Origin: Cladosporium halotolerans
Taxonomy: Eukaryota
Direction: 5' to 3'
NCBI RefSeq assembly: GCF_011745625.1
Contig: NW_027191515.1
Location: 1 to 49,866 of the forward strand
Length of the DNA stretch: 49,866 nucleotides
Under the pieces are notes generated by a model that saw only the letters and a program-made list of their open reading frames with translations, did not search any database and had not been told where the DNA came from. Below are positions 35,844 through 46,900 of the stretch, piece by piece. Positions within the stretch are counted from its first letter, which is position 1. Every line of letters begins with the position of its first letter. A program made the translations under genes and the position numbers.

Positions 35844-37137
35844 TTATAGCGCCATGGAGTCAAAGACAGTCGGAAAAGAGTTAGAGATGTCTGTCGAAGA
35901 ATCGAATATCCGCTTCCGTATGGCGAATTGCCCTTGCGAAATTTCCTTCCTGATCTTCTTTCTCGTTAGCTCTGCCAGAGCATGGAACGCACCACCAATC
36001 GTCTCGGATTGATCTCCATCTCCTCTAGGCCCCAATTCACCCGGGGACCATTGGGTCCACACGTTGTTATGGCAGGGTCTCCTCTGCGGTTGCAGAGGGT
36101 GGTTGCACAAGTAAACTCCACAACAGAAGCAAGATGGCTTGCTGCATCCGATGTAGCGTTTCCCATAAGCGAAGACCAGATCTTGGCGATAGAAATGATC
36201 AACCATGGTCACTTCAGCATGCACAGTTGTACCCATGCTAAGGCTTTCCCACCTCTTCGCATAAGGTTCCAATAGTGCCTGCCACCTGGATTCGCACATT
36301 TGTCGTGCATTATGTACGCCGGCCCTGGTCAGAGATGCCACCAAAGCCTGTAAAGCGGATTTATCCGTTAGTGGTGCTTCGCGGGAAACATCACAAGAGC
36401 CTTGCACACAGCGTACCCTCACATGCCGAGTGAGGAGTTGATGGCTGTTCGCCGCGTTGACGACGAAAACCGTCGACCTCGCCCAAGATGCGAGACGACC
36501 TAGATAATGCCGTATATGACGGTAGGTCTGGATATCAGGCTTTCGTTGGATAAGTGACTTCAGCTGGAAGTATGCTTCGGTGGACCGGCGACTGTATGCG
36601 CGGACGGACAGCTCAGGGTAGTCGTCAGAGGCCAGCAGCTTGCGAAAAGGCTCTAACCAAGATTCCCCTTTGGAAGTCAGCACCGTCAAATGATGTGATA
36701 CATAATTTTATCTTACTTCCTCGGTTGTGTTGCAAGGCATCAGCTTCATTGACGTGTCGTTCGAGCTGCTTCATGTAATTTCTCACTCTCTTGGCGCTTC
36801 TCCGAACTACAAAATCCAACAGTCGCCGTTGGATTCTTTCAGTAGTGCGGGAAGAACTGCCAGATGTTTTCGCCAGAGCGTTGAGAATCCATTCTAAATG
36901 CCGCCCGGCCCTGGCATGCTTGCTGTTGGCCGAAACCCAGAAGCATCGGATATTATCCTCTTCAGACACAGCAACGGAAACCACTGTCTTTCCGCCAGGC
37001 TCTGTATCGCATAAGTGGCATAGATCGTCCAAAAACCTTTGCCAGATTGTCGATCGCGGTTCAACTTTTTGGTTCTGCCCGATGGTCAGAACTCCCCAAA
37101 GCGCAAGATCCTCGTAGAACTCCTTGTACGAAGACAT
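35844..37137 (-). CDS. OTT_1508-like nucleic-acid/nucleotide deaminase (~414 aa); exons 37137-36717, 36667-35844
   Basis: Zn motifs VHAEV and YIGCSKPSCFCC; N-terminal FLDDLCHLCDTEPGGKTVVSVAV as I recall for the fungal family. A 49-nt GTAAGA...GCTGAC...AAG intron joins the two ORFs in frame (1245 nt total). Confidence 0.85.
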
Positions 37138-37366
37138 TTGTGAGTATAGGAAGAGTTCTCTGGCTGTTGTCGACAGTTGGTAGGATTTGCAAATTCACGA
37201 GGACGCGAACTGGTCAGCGAATATTATAGGACGGAGACCACAGTCAACACTGTCATGACGGTAGTCATCTATGCGCCAAGACACGCATCGTGACGATATA
37301 GGGCCTTTTTTGTCATGTCGGCTTTGAAATATGATTGGGATCAAAGACGTAGTACGTTGTTTGCAA

Positions 37367-38128
37367 CTATGGTATAATTGCATGGCTCTGATCCCCCACT
37401 GTAACAGCAAAAGCTCTGCACGCCTTGTGAGCCACGTCCTGCCGTGCGGCTTTCTTTGACTTTCCAACAGCAACATAGATCTGCCCTTTGAATGAAAGTT
37501 CCGATCGAAACAATGGTGGTTGCATCTGGATCTTGACTTCATGATACTTCGGTGCCTCCCCAAACTTGTCACCATATTCTTTCAGTGATGAAATGTGTTC
37601 CCCACTAGCTGCGGGCGTTGTGGCATGGTCAGTCTTTGGGAATTGCATCGAGAGCTCCTCTCTGCTTCTGGTGTGTCGGTCTTGTTGGTAGAATCCGCGT
37701 TGCTTGATGATCTCCGTGACCCAGCTTTTTAGGTTCGCATCTTTACCGCGAAAAATGGCTCCTAATACTGACATGAGCTCCTCATGGTCATCGGTACCGT
37801 TGCGCAATAGGTCTCGTGGAATCTTTCGTTGGACAATCGAAACGACTGCCTTGTACGGAAATTCCCTCTTAATCTCGGACAACCTCGACTGCTGAGTGTC
37901 AGCAAATTGGCAGTTCCGGAGAGGGGTTCCACGAACGTCAAATTCAGGCCAAGTTTCGTCGGCATCCGATGACGACACCAGGTCCGCTAGCAAGGTGAAT
38001 TGGAAGAATGCCTTGCCAAGGGTGTATTCCTTCACGCTCCAATCCTCAGATATAATGAAGCCCTCGACATCGGTGTCTGCGTCCACCGATGCATCCGTAG
38101 ACGGTGTATCGATTCTGGTGCCAGCCAT
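37367..38128 (-). CDS. dsRNA-binding (dsRBD) protein with an N-terminal degenerate RNase III-like domain (~253 aa)
   Basis: C-terminal HISSLKEY.DK.GEAPKY......PPLFRSELSFKG..YVAVGKSKKAARQDVAHKAC is a clear dsRBD (KKxA motif). Upstream YTLGKAFFQF, LRNCQFA and ELMSVLGAIF occur in RNase III motif order. Start at 38128 is a guess (ORF is open to 38296). Confidence 0.8.
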   Translation of the reverse strand: MAGTRIDTPSTDASVDADTDVEGFIISEDWSVKEYTLGKAFFQFTLLADLVSSSDADETWPEFDVRGTPLRNCQFADTQQSRLSEIKREFPYKAVVSIVQRKIPRDLLRNGTDDHEELMSVLGAIFRGKDANLKSWVTEIIKQRGFYQQDRHTRSREELSMQFPKTDHATTPAASGEHISSLKEYGDKFGEAPKYHEVKIQMQPPLFRSELSFKGQIYVAVGKSKKAARQDVAHKACRAFAVTVGDQSHAIIP

Positions 38129-38847
38129 TGCGAAGAGCTCTAGAAGCGCGAAGTGTTTCAGAGTAAAATGCGGACTGCGATTTGAGCTATCGTAAGAGAT
38201 GAATTTTATGTTCGTTTTCAATGCGTTGCTAGACGTCAGCATGCATAGAGTGCCTCTTCTCCTTGAAGACACTACTGCCTGCGGTTTCAATTGCATATGA
38301 AGCGTAACACACGCCCCACTCCTGCATAAGTGATATGCGTTATCGCGCTAAAGTATCGGCCGGCACTTTAGCGCAGAACTCAGCTTTCCAAAGGACCGCC
38401 TTATTGTTGACTCTCTGCTACCATGCTGCCGTGACATACTGCCTCCAGGCTTATAATTGATTCCAGCATGGCGAATTACCACACAACCCCGCTTGAATCA
38501 ACGACCCCCAACTGAAGCTGCAAGGATGCCCAATATGACTGCATGCAGCTGCATCAGCTGAGCTTGGAAGACAACAAGACCTTGGGTAGCACTGCGTTTG
38601 GGGTGGCAGAACTGGCTGCAGACGCGAGTCTTAGAGGCACAGTCTCGATGCGTGGAGCAAGATCAGTGGCACTGGAATGTCCAAGTTCCGGCCCCCCCCA
38701 CTGGCCGTGCTACGTGCAGATGCGATCCCCCGCAGAGTTCATGTGCCGTGTTCATGGCATCCTGATGACTAGTTAATGAGATGAGTTTGCGACAGTATAC
38801 CTGCTGCAGTTTTCTCAATTATTCACCACGGCAATCAATGTGCCATC

Positions 38848-40304
38848 ATGGAGCGCGGCTGGTCCACTGCGCCTCGAGCACCATGCCGTAACTTTTCCTC
38901 TAGAGGAAGTTGTCGCTTCGGAAATCGTTGTCGATTTTCTCACGATATCAGTTGGCGGACGTCTCGACCCCCACCGGAAAAGACGCCCTGTTTTCATTGG
39001 GAAGAGTCTGGAGCATGTCCGCGTGGAGATCGATGTGCGTATCTACACAGACCACAGGTACTCGAAGGAGTGAGTCTGATACACGACAACTTACCCAACG
39101 AAATCTACACATTCATGTTGGTAAAGCCACGGACTCCCAGAGAATCCATCACCTTGACCAATCTCCAACACATCACAAGCTACGATTGGTTGACTGCAGA
39201 GAGGCCGACTATCGGGGTTCCAGGTACGATGAAGTAGTACTACCTGTACAACCGCGACTAACCTGACCAGGCATACCACATCGATTTACAACGCCGCAAA
39301 TGCCGCTTGTCTTACAGCCAGACGCTCTCACGTTCGCGAACTCCTCTCACGACAGATCACGCCCAAAGCTGTACAAGTTTCGCCTAGAGCCTCTTGCGCA
39401 AGCATGTTTGAAGCTCTATCCCGCATTCTCTCTGCAAGGAATTGGCATACTCTGCGGGCTTAACAATCTTCGGAAGATCTTTGACTTTGCTCGTGGAAAG
39501 CAAAGCAAAGGATTTCGAATTGATATGGAGTCCTGCAGTACCACCCTGATGATGACGCGATGGGGACCGCTGCAGGATAACATGAGCCAGACCTCGCTAT
39601 GCCGTGGGTATGGACGGGGGTTTGAAGCCTCATGTACCACGCAAGAAGGACGGTTGTCGAAATCCTCCAGCCACCACAGAGTGATCTCATACTCTTTGGG
39701 CGACCTGAACCTTGTCGTCCAGTTCGAGGCAGATGCACTTGACTGCCGTTGCTCACAAAAGCTGGAGCGGCAAATCGATTACTCTGACATGCCGGCAACC
39801 AATCGAGGGCCAGATTCGGCAGTAGCAGGGGCTTCCCAAAATGACATCCAGGAAGATTCGGCGCCACCTTTAGACATTGTCGACGTCGGGACGACGCATA
39901 CTTGCGATTGTATGATCGAGATCAAATCACGAGACCACAAGAACGAATCTTTGGATGACATTATGATCCAGATGTGGCTGTCCGGATGTCGAAGGCTCTA
40001 CCTTGGCCGTCACATACGCGGGCGCTTCGAGACAGACGCTGTGTTCGAAGGTAACGTCGAATCCGACTTGAGAATCTGGCAGATACAGCATGAAGACGAG
40101 ATTGCCTGTTTTATAACATTACTTGAACAGATACGGCAGCAGGTATCTCAGTCGGCTTTAGGCGCCGTCGATGGCAGATTTGCATTGGTATGCGAGCGGG
40201 TCGGAACTGAGATGGTCCTCAAGCTTTGGCGACGCGAGAGCGGTCAGGATCTGTTACGGCAAGAGACTATAAGCAGATTACGGCACTGTCAAGTTACACG
40301 ATAG
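38848..40304 (+). CDS. Tandem CCCH zinc-finger + DXO/Rai1-like PD-(D/E)XK nuclease-fold protein (~469 aa); exons 38848-39223, 39271-40304
   Basis: Two exact C-x8-C-x5-C-x3-H fingers. A 47-nt GTACGA...ACTAAC...CAG intron fuses the two ORFs in frame. Motifs NNLRKI, GYGRGFE, FEAD, EIK, QMWLSG and LGRH appear in DXO/Rai1 motif order. Confidence 0.8.
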
Positions 40305-40984
40305 TAATACGTGCAGGTACCTTTTAAACCTCATGCGTGGTTTGCAATAGTGAAGCCATGTAGAGCCTCGACAATACATTATCTCAGGGCCCAAACACCG
40401 CGCCAAGATTCCTGGTGACCTGTCTTATATTTTGGATAGCTACATAACGTGAAGGAGATCTGATTGATTGGTCGTAGCTCCAGCGCCATTATACTTTATC
40501 TTGCTAAGTGCCCTAAGACGTGTCTGGGAGTCAAAGCTTCAAGCTGCGTTTAGACGCACCACGGAATGAAATTGCCGATAGGCAATGACACAGATGATGT
40601 GATGATAATTCCACCTTGCGTTGCAAGTAGGCTCAGACAAGGCTCGGTTGTGCTCAATCCTCCATGCAGAGTGACAGTCGACCAGGGTACTCGCGAACTA
40701 TCTACAGTGTGTGAGCTTGACAAGTGGATTGGTCGAATGGCCTGCAAGGCTTACTACCGAAGTTGAGTCTGCCGCCAATACAGGCATGCATGCTTGATCT
40801 AGACAAGGTCGATCATCTGCGGTGTGTCGCTGGGGGTGTGTATCCCGCTGTCACGGATAATATTTGCTGGATGGACGAGATCTTCTAGACCAGACCTTCG
40901 CATATAACGAGCGAGTGGCCCGCACCATATTCGACGAGCACTTCCTTGCTACCTTTCTGACAGAAGGATATACTTCTACTAAGG

Positions 40985-43900
40985 ATGCAAGCCAAAATCG
41001 AGAAGGACAAATTGCAACGTATCTTTCACCATGTTTTTCTTCCCCCTCAGTTGCCGCAGGAAGCCGACGATACCAGCGACTCTCCTTTGCTGCTTGCGAC
41101 GATCACTGCAATGAGGGCAATCGAGGACATCTTGCCAGACTCTCTTGCCATCAAGTATGCTGTTGTCGCTCTTGAGAATCTCCAAGCTGTGAACAGCCTA
41201 TCCGGATGTGCTACGAGCGAGCATGTTCTCTCGCAACGGCTTCTGACACTTGGCGAGGGTCATACCATACCCATACACATACGCTCGCAGAATGCTGCCA
41301 TCGTCGTCACTCGTCAGCGCGGCAATCTGGTATTTGAAGAATTTGAACTGTCGCCACGCAACGAGGCTGTGATGGGGACCCGGGGTCGTTTGGTCCGCGA
41401 TTTCCCTGGACTCGCCGTGGAGATTGACCTAGGCACAACGGACATGGCAAACTTCATACCGGCAGTGGCAAACATGCTCTCCACGATGTGTCAACAGCCG
41501 GTGCCAGGTATGCAGCCCCAGTCGAAGAAGGCACGAGGCCATCACGAAGAGATCCGTGACACCGCCCACCCAGCGGCGATCTCCGAGCTACTCTTTGGTT
41601 TCTTGAGAGGGTTCGGAAACCTTGTCTCCGTATCTGCTATTTCCAAAAACACCAGGGAAGAGGTTCTTTGGAAGGATGCAGAGGTACCGTGGAGAAGATG
41701 CCCGACGTGGCTTCTCATCCGCGTCGTACTCCAGCTTACCTTAGAACGATCTCCCGATGGCTCGCGCCTGCTGTACAAGGAGACTATGGTTTTCTTCATG
41801 GGTCAAATTCTCCAATCTTCGTTAGAGGGAAACCTCGCTCCAGAGATCCTACACACCATGAACTCCAAAATCGTTCGCAGAATGTGCAAGTTGTACTCGA
41901 TGACGGAACACAACAAAGAGAAGGCCGTGAACCAGCGTCTGATCAAGCCTGCAGAAATGATCTTGGAGAAAGCCGCCAAGATTCTTTCCGACCAGTGGGA
42001 AGATACTCAGCAGCAGCACAGTCGGAAATTGGATCTCGGTAGTCTTGTCAATCTGTCGTGTGAGACAGACACGCATGTTTCCTTACCATTACTCGACAGA
42101 CACATTGAGAATATCCACTCTCGAAAGCAAGGCCGCGGACCAGTAGAATTCTCGCCATCCTCAGATCTAGTCGTATTCAATTCCAACATCTTGCCTCAGG
42201 TTTCCGGCTTTGAGTCGAAAGATTGCACTTACACTACGGCGAATCTGCAGCAGCTCGAGCACTGGATTGGATGCAATATCGATTCCTGGACATTGTCAAA
42301 CACCCGGGAAGGATCCTGTGCGAAGCTTCACGAGCTGATGACCGAGTACCACAGTCTTGCTGGCCGACACTACTGTGACAATCCAGAGGCGATATCTATG
42401 ATGATCCTGACAATAATGGAGCTCTGGGTTGCTTGCGATAAGATAGCCACAGAAATCGACCCACGACTCACAGATTATGATCCGGGTGTTCCTCTTGACA
42501 TACTCCAGAGCTTATTGATACCTCTTCACCAGCAGATGGAGAGGTTGAAGTTGATTGAGGAGCATCTGCAACGACGACGCGATTTGTCACGATATAAACA
42601 AGCGCAAAAGCTTTTTGACATGACCAGTCCCCAGGGGTATGCCAACCGTTACTTCGACGGATCTGCAGGCCATCAGGATCTTCTTCGCGCCATTGTTCGA
42701 CAAGCTGAAGATGCGCGGCAAGCCAAGTTGACCGAACTCAAAGCTGCGAAAGACGAGTATCGTCGGCTGAATGCCCTCTACACCAGCGCGTCATGTGCTT
42801 ATGTGACAGTTGTCGTCGACGACTGGATGGATCCCCCTGAGACGGTTCAGAGGCACAGGAATGACTGTGCGAAATGCTCGTACCGTGAGCAGCGCGATGA
42901 TCTGAAGATCTCTGTCCATGAATGGCCACTGCCAGAAAACGACCTGGAAGCTCAAGTCGTTGTTTTCGAGCTTGATGTACCCGACTGGTTCGCGTTCTGG
43001 AGAGACTTCAGGTTTCATCTGTTGCAAGATGTGTTGAGGGGTGACCGCGAGGAGTTGATCACGCCACATTGCTATTGTCTTTCACAATCGGACCCGCACC
43101 TCTCTAACAGTCAATATCGGGGATCGAAGACCCACCGGATCGACCTTCTTTCTGAGTGCAAGCCATTCATTGTGTCCCATTACCGCTCGAAAAGGGTTAA
43201 TTCAGCATTGCAAACGTCTGAAGTCTGCGTCGCGAACGGACTGCGCTACCAGTATTATGATGCAGGTAGCCGTCGCTACGTTGGAATCTTACATCATCCG
43301 GACACAATCGCAAGGATGTGTACGTATGAGCTACCAAATAAGCACCTACAGCGATATGTCTTTCGCCCATCATGCTCGCCCGACGGGCCTCCTCCGAACC
43401 ATGTCATTGCAAGTCAAGACATCTGTCCTACCGACATGTCTCTGGAAGAATATAAAGAGCTTGCCAGTATTCCGCTTGGACATCATATCCAGTGGGCGAA
43501 CATGATCTTGCAACTTGCAATGCCGAGCGTAGATTTCAAAAAAGAAGTTACGACTTTGGTTTTCCTCCAATGCATCTACCAGACTGGACCTCCCAACGAC
43601 ACAGTACTGCGAGAAGCACATGAGTTTTTCTCGGACGATGCAAAAGTCAAATCTCTGATCGATCAGACAGAAGCGGCCATCGGTAGGGTAAAGCAAAATT
43701 GGGAGTCTGCTCAAGCTTTAGGTCTCTTCGCGACGATCCTGAGACGTGCTTTGTCCCTAAACACTTCATCGGTAGGCCGCTGCTTGACACTGTTGGCACA
43801 GATACAAATGATCGCACTGGGGTGGTTGGGGCACCTCCGCGACAGGGCATATGCGGCATTCAGCCATGAAGACCGGATGGCATTTGTCCAGAAGAGTGTT

Positions 43901-46900
43901 GAGGTTGCAATGGTCTGCGTGGGTACCTTTGATGTGGACGACATGCACCTGGAAACCATGTTGGGCTCGAAAGCCGGCACGTCATCTTTAGTGCAGTGCT
44001 CAATCATCGTTCAGCAAGGGAGAAACACCAACGCGCAGGAGGGCCAGAGGTCGCCATTGCCACATCTAAGACATCAACGAACGCTTCATCGAAGTCACGA
44101 AATGCTCATCCGATACCAGAGCGGACTTGATGATGCGGTGGCGAAATCCTGGTCAGCATATGCTCCTGGGCGTACTGGCTGGATGTCAGTGTCTGATATT
44201 ACCAGGAACTGGCTCACAACTACAACAGCAACAGGCTTGAAGGTGCACTACAACTCTCTGGATGGGGAGATTCTCGTGAACGGATTGCCGTTAGATCAAC
44301 CCCCGAAAAGCTACCGTGAACAAAGGCTGTATTCCATCTTGTTTGGTCAGGCCGTCGTGGAGGTAATGCCGGGATCCAGTCCTGGATTCGATTTCTCCAC
44401 CAAGAGGTGTTTTCAAAGCTGTGTAGTGCAACTTGGCATGCATGATTCGGATAGTTATGCTGGAGATCGGCTGGTTGTACGGACTACCGACGCCAATGAT
44501 TCAGACAGTGGCCACGGCGTGTCTGAAACAATTCCTCGCCATTTAATGGCAAACATGTTCCCAGAATCTTTCTTGGATGATTACGTCCACTGGTACAACC
44601 ATGGGAGTGGAAGGATCGAGTTCCGTCCTCTTGAAAAATCTTGGATTCCTGATGTCGCCACAAATTGGATCTTGGCCAAGGACAAAAATTCACGAGACTG
44701 GCGGCTCTCAAAGGGTCCTGATGCCGTCATTGGCATGAAAAAGGCAACATCAACGGTAGTTGCCGATATTTTGAGACCACTAATGAGACATAGTGGAATC
44801 CACTGCATCTCACAGTCCTCGATCGGTCAGCTCTTGGTTACAATTCCTGCACTTCGATTGAATTTTCATCTGAGGAACGGGAGTTCGCTTCTTCACTCTA
44901 AAGAATTCCGAGGCATGGCCGTTGACTATCTCCAGACCATCGGCACACTGGTCGGCTTTCGCAATAAAATCCTGCTGAAGTCAGCAACAGGGAAGCAGCT
45001 TTTGCTTGTCAAGGAATCGACTGTATCATACGTCAAGGATACAGGGCATATCGCCGTGAGCGTTGATGACATCTCCACGGCCAGAGTACATGCTCTGCGT
45101 GTCGACCCTCAACTCGGGCGTCTGATCGACAACGGTGATCTACAATGCAAGTTATACCTAGCGAATATCCATGCTTTGACGTCTTCTTTTCTCCCAGACC
45201 CATTCCTGGGCGTGACTGGTACTGAGCAAAGTCTATCGATCCTAAGGTCAGCTGCAGTCAGATCATTCAGTCAGCTTTCCCAGCCAAATGTCGATATCTT
45301 GGGACACATCGCACGTTTGAGTCATCGCCACCAATTCTATCCCATTCATGAGCGTGTAATGCAGAGCGTCTCTTGGGATTCTCAACTTTCCCCCTTGGCT
45401 CAGCATTCTGGACTCAGGGTTGAAGTGCACGAAATCTTCCAGCAGGCGCAAAGGATCTGTTTCTTGTACCCTGATATTGAATTGGAGTTTCCGCACCTGC
45501 CACAACTTGATGAACATCTCCGGGATCGAGACATCATCCGAGACTCGTGTTTCAGAGTGTCTGGATTTGGCGCCGAGAATCACACTGTCAAGTATGATGC
45601 GTTGTACAGGCCTCGTGATCGGAACATCAACTCTGAGCGTGCTAAGAAGGCCATGCACATATCTGGCCTTATGCACCGTATTGGCGACGACACAAACTGG
45701 GAAGTACCAACGATTGATGACTTGTGGCGCAGGATGTCTGCCTTTCCTGACATCGAAGGGGTTGAGACACGTGCCTACACAGATGAACTGCGGTACGATG
45801 CTGTTTACTTGGATGAAGGGCTTGATTTCATCCTTGCCAGACTACCAAGCATTTGTAACACCCTGAAAGCATCGCAAAACATGGGCCAGCGCGACTACGC
45901 TCTCATGGGTTGGTTTGCAGGTCTCGCTTTTCCGCTGGACGATGCCGATTGCCGCATGGTACAGATCTTTGTTATGTTCTCAAAATCTAGGAGCGTTGCA
46001 GGGATTCCTTTGCCTATAGTGAGGAGGTTTCGCATCCAAGAAGGCAGGCGTTACTCCACGGCTGAACTCAAACGCATCGTCCAGGCCAACACGCGGCGTG
46101 TGAAGAAATGTCCCGAATACCATTTGCAGCGATGGAGGAATGAAAATCACACGTCCTACCTCAATCGCCGAGACCAAGCATGGCAGGGTGCAAGTCAATC
46201 TGCCGTCAATAACTTCATTGCAATGCTTGAAGTGCAGTGGCCTTGTGAGCATCTTGTACTGCGTCCCACCACCAATGCCTCCACATACATAGATGTTGGA
46301 GGCGCAATGGATGCTGCCAGAACGCAGTTCAAAGCATGGCATGACAACTGCTTACTCTACGACTTCTTGGACCACGTCGTGCGCGGAATGAATCTTTTGA
46401 CACATCGCGAGATCGGCATAGGGCATGTTGTGGCACTCAGCGCGACAAGGGCCCCAAGCTTATCCGGCCACATCACCGTACAACACCTTTTCTCCGTGCG
46501 GGCTCCCCGGCTTCCGGCCTTCGACGAAAGCAAGAAACTTCGTCCTGCCAAGACGGAGAAGACGCACGCTGGACTTGGGACCTTCCGCCTACGCTCACTA
46601 ATTCAGATCATGAGAGACTCACATGGGGGATCCGAGTACGAGAGAAGACACGCTTCAGATTTGCAGACCAGCTTAGAAGCCTTACTGACGCATGGCAAAC
46701 ACTGTTTCATCGGCATCGGGGCAACGAGTAAGGAGGTTGACCAACACTTGAAAGATTGCAAGGATTATGTTGCCTGCGTGTATGGAACAATGATCACATC
46801 TGTGAGCAGCTCCCCGCCAGCATTGATTGCACAGAAAGTACAACAGTATCCGCGGATCTCACCCACCTTGCTTCTTCGACAGCTCTCATGCACTCATTGG

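Noticed and set aside
37138..37400. Splice fusion of the dsRBD and deaminase genes into one ADAR-like ORF
   Set aside because: The best branch/acceptor (GCTGACCAG, ~37212) leads to an in-frame TGA before the deaminase ATG, no strong donor precedes the dsRBD stop, and a TATAAT lies upstream of the deaminase. Not excluded without RNA data.
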